The notes under the pieces: model-generated | Databases searched by the model: none | The model's input: only the letters and a program-made list of their open reading frames with translations | What the model was told of the DNA's origin: nothing | DNA from: Chiloscyllium plagiosum | Taxonomy: Eukaryota | NCBI RefSeq assembly: GCF_004010195.1 | Contig: NC_057720.1 | Coordinates: 27,589,899 to 27,611,138 of the forward strand | Length of the DNA stretch: 21,240 nucleotides | Direction: 5' to 3' | Program-made: the position numbers and the translations under genes | Shown here: piece after piece, positions 20,088-21,240 of the stretch | How positions within the stretch are numbered: the stretch's first letter is position 1 | Layout: every line of letters begins with the position of its first letter

Positions 20088-21020
20088 TTCATGGGATATG
20101 AATGTCACTGGCTGCACAACCATTTATTATCCAACCCTGATGGTCCTTGAAAAGGTAGTCGTGAGCTACTTTCTTAAACTGCTGCTGTTTTTGTCGTGTA
20201 CAAACACTCTCAGTACCGTTAACTAGCAAGTTCCAGGAAAATTGAAGAAACAATCATATCGCTCCAAATCAGAATGATGTGTGGTTTGGAAGGGAACTTG
20301 CCATTGGTGGTGTTCTCATGCTTCTGCTGCCTTTGTCCTTTGAAGTGATAGAGGCCATAGATTTAGTAGGTTCTTGTCACAGGAGGTTTGCAATATGCTG
20401 TTGTTTTTCCTGAATGTCTAACACACTGTTCATTGGCTGTGAAATGATTGAATGTTTAGGTTAATAGATGCAGTGTCAATGAAGCACCTGCTTTCTCCTG
20501 ACAGTGTCAAGCTTCTTGAATATTGTTGGAGCCTCATTCATCCAGGCAAAATGGAGAGAATTCCATCACACTCTTGACTTTACCTTATAGATGGTGGACA
20601 AGCTATGGGGAGTCAGGAGCTGAGTTATTCACTGCAGACTTCCGCACCTCTGAGTTGCTATTGTAACCACAGTTTTATATGGCTGACGTGCTTAGCTTCT
20701 GATCAGTGGTAGCCCTCAGGATATTGATATTGGGAAATACAGCTATTTAAAGTAAGAGTGAAATGGTTGAATTATCTTCTGTTGGAGGTGGTCAATGCCT
20801 GGAACTTGTGTGCACAAACACACTTACCATTTCACCAGCCCAAAATGGAATGTTATCCAGACCTTGCTTCATATGCACACAGACTGCTTGGGTATCAGGG
20901 GAGTCAGGAATGAGTCTGAGCATTGTGCAATAATTGGTGAACTTCCCCAATTCTGACTTTAGGGTTGAGGGAGGGTCACTGCTGTTGCAGCTGAAGATGT
21001 TCGGGCACAGGACACTACCC
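20088..21020 (-). mobile_element. CR1 family B 3' ~0.9 kb
   Basis: Begins with the reverse complement of the family B tail (ttcatgggat...catttatt...). Aligns with 14150-14778 and 4500-4960, and ends at gggtagtgtcctgtgccc on the minus strand (GSVLCP). Confidence 0.85.
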
Positions 21021-21240
21021 CCCCACAGACCCCACTGTCACTATCCCCACCCCCCAGAACCTCGAGGGGAACACTACCCCTGCTCATGCCTCCACCCCCA
21101 TTCCCCCCACCATCACACCCACTCCAGGTACTGGCTCCGACCCCACTCCCAGCTCCACACCCACACCAGATCCCAGCTCCCAGCCCTGCCGGGTTTTCAC
21201 CATCCCTCCAGACCTCCCACTCACTGAGGACGAACGATCA
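21021..21240 (+). mobile_element. Young Penelope-like element ORF fragment, continuing beyond the window
   Basis: Abrupt shift to C-rich, CpG-containing sequence. The frame starting at 21022 is open to the window end: a Pro/Thr-rich linker, then QPCRVFTIPPDLPLTEDERS, resembling the segment preceding the (V)LSKGLxF motif N-terminal to PLE RTs. Confidence 0.7.

Noticed and set aside
20934..21227. His/Pro-rich 97-aa ORF in the track
   Set aside because: It spans a CR1/PLE junction and is an off-frame reading of C-rich sequence; the other frame carries the recognisable motif.
1..21240. Neighbouring PTPRF exons or prokaryotic systems (CRISPR, retron, etc.)
   Set aside because: No sequence for the adjacent ...FSQEYE or ..SDYINAN exons was seen. 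The RTs are eukaryotic non-LTR type and the repeats are dispersed, not spacer arrays.

Overview
Vertebrate intronic DNA, by repeat content most likely a shark or other cartilaginous fish (HE1/V-SINE, HER1-like CR1 LINEs, DeuSINE-type head). The only host coding sequence I can support is one 124-bp + strand exon (13673-13796) of a LAR-family receptor protein tyrosine phosphatase (best match PTPRF; start of phosphatase domain D1), apparently followed by a non-canonical GC 5' splice site. The rest is nested, decayed mobile DNA: at least two CR1-clade LINE families, SINEs, two or three probable solo LTRs and Penelope-like element (PLE) material. The PLE material includes a GIY-YIG endonuclease remnant with its 3' terminus, a young PLE ORF running off the window end, and about eight 90-220 bp insertions of the PLE 3' terminus. 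Several of these are palindromic, four have perfect 11-14 bp target-site duplications, and several carry a minimal hammerhead-ribozyme-like motif at which the truncation/inversion breakpoints cluster. Most ORFs in the supplied track are LINE fragments or spurious. All family assignments are from motif recognition, not database searches.
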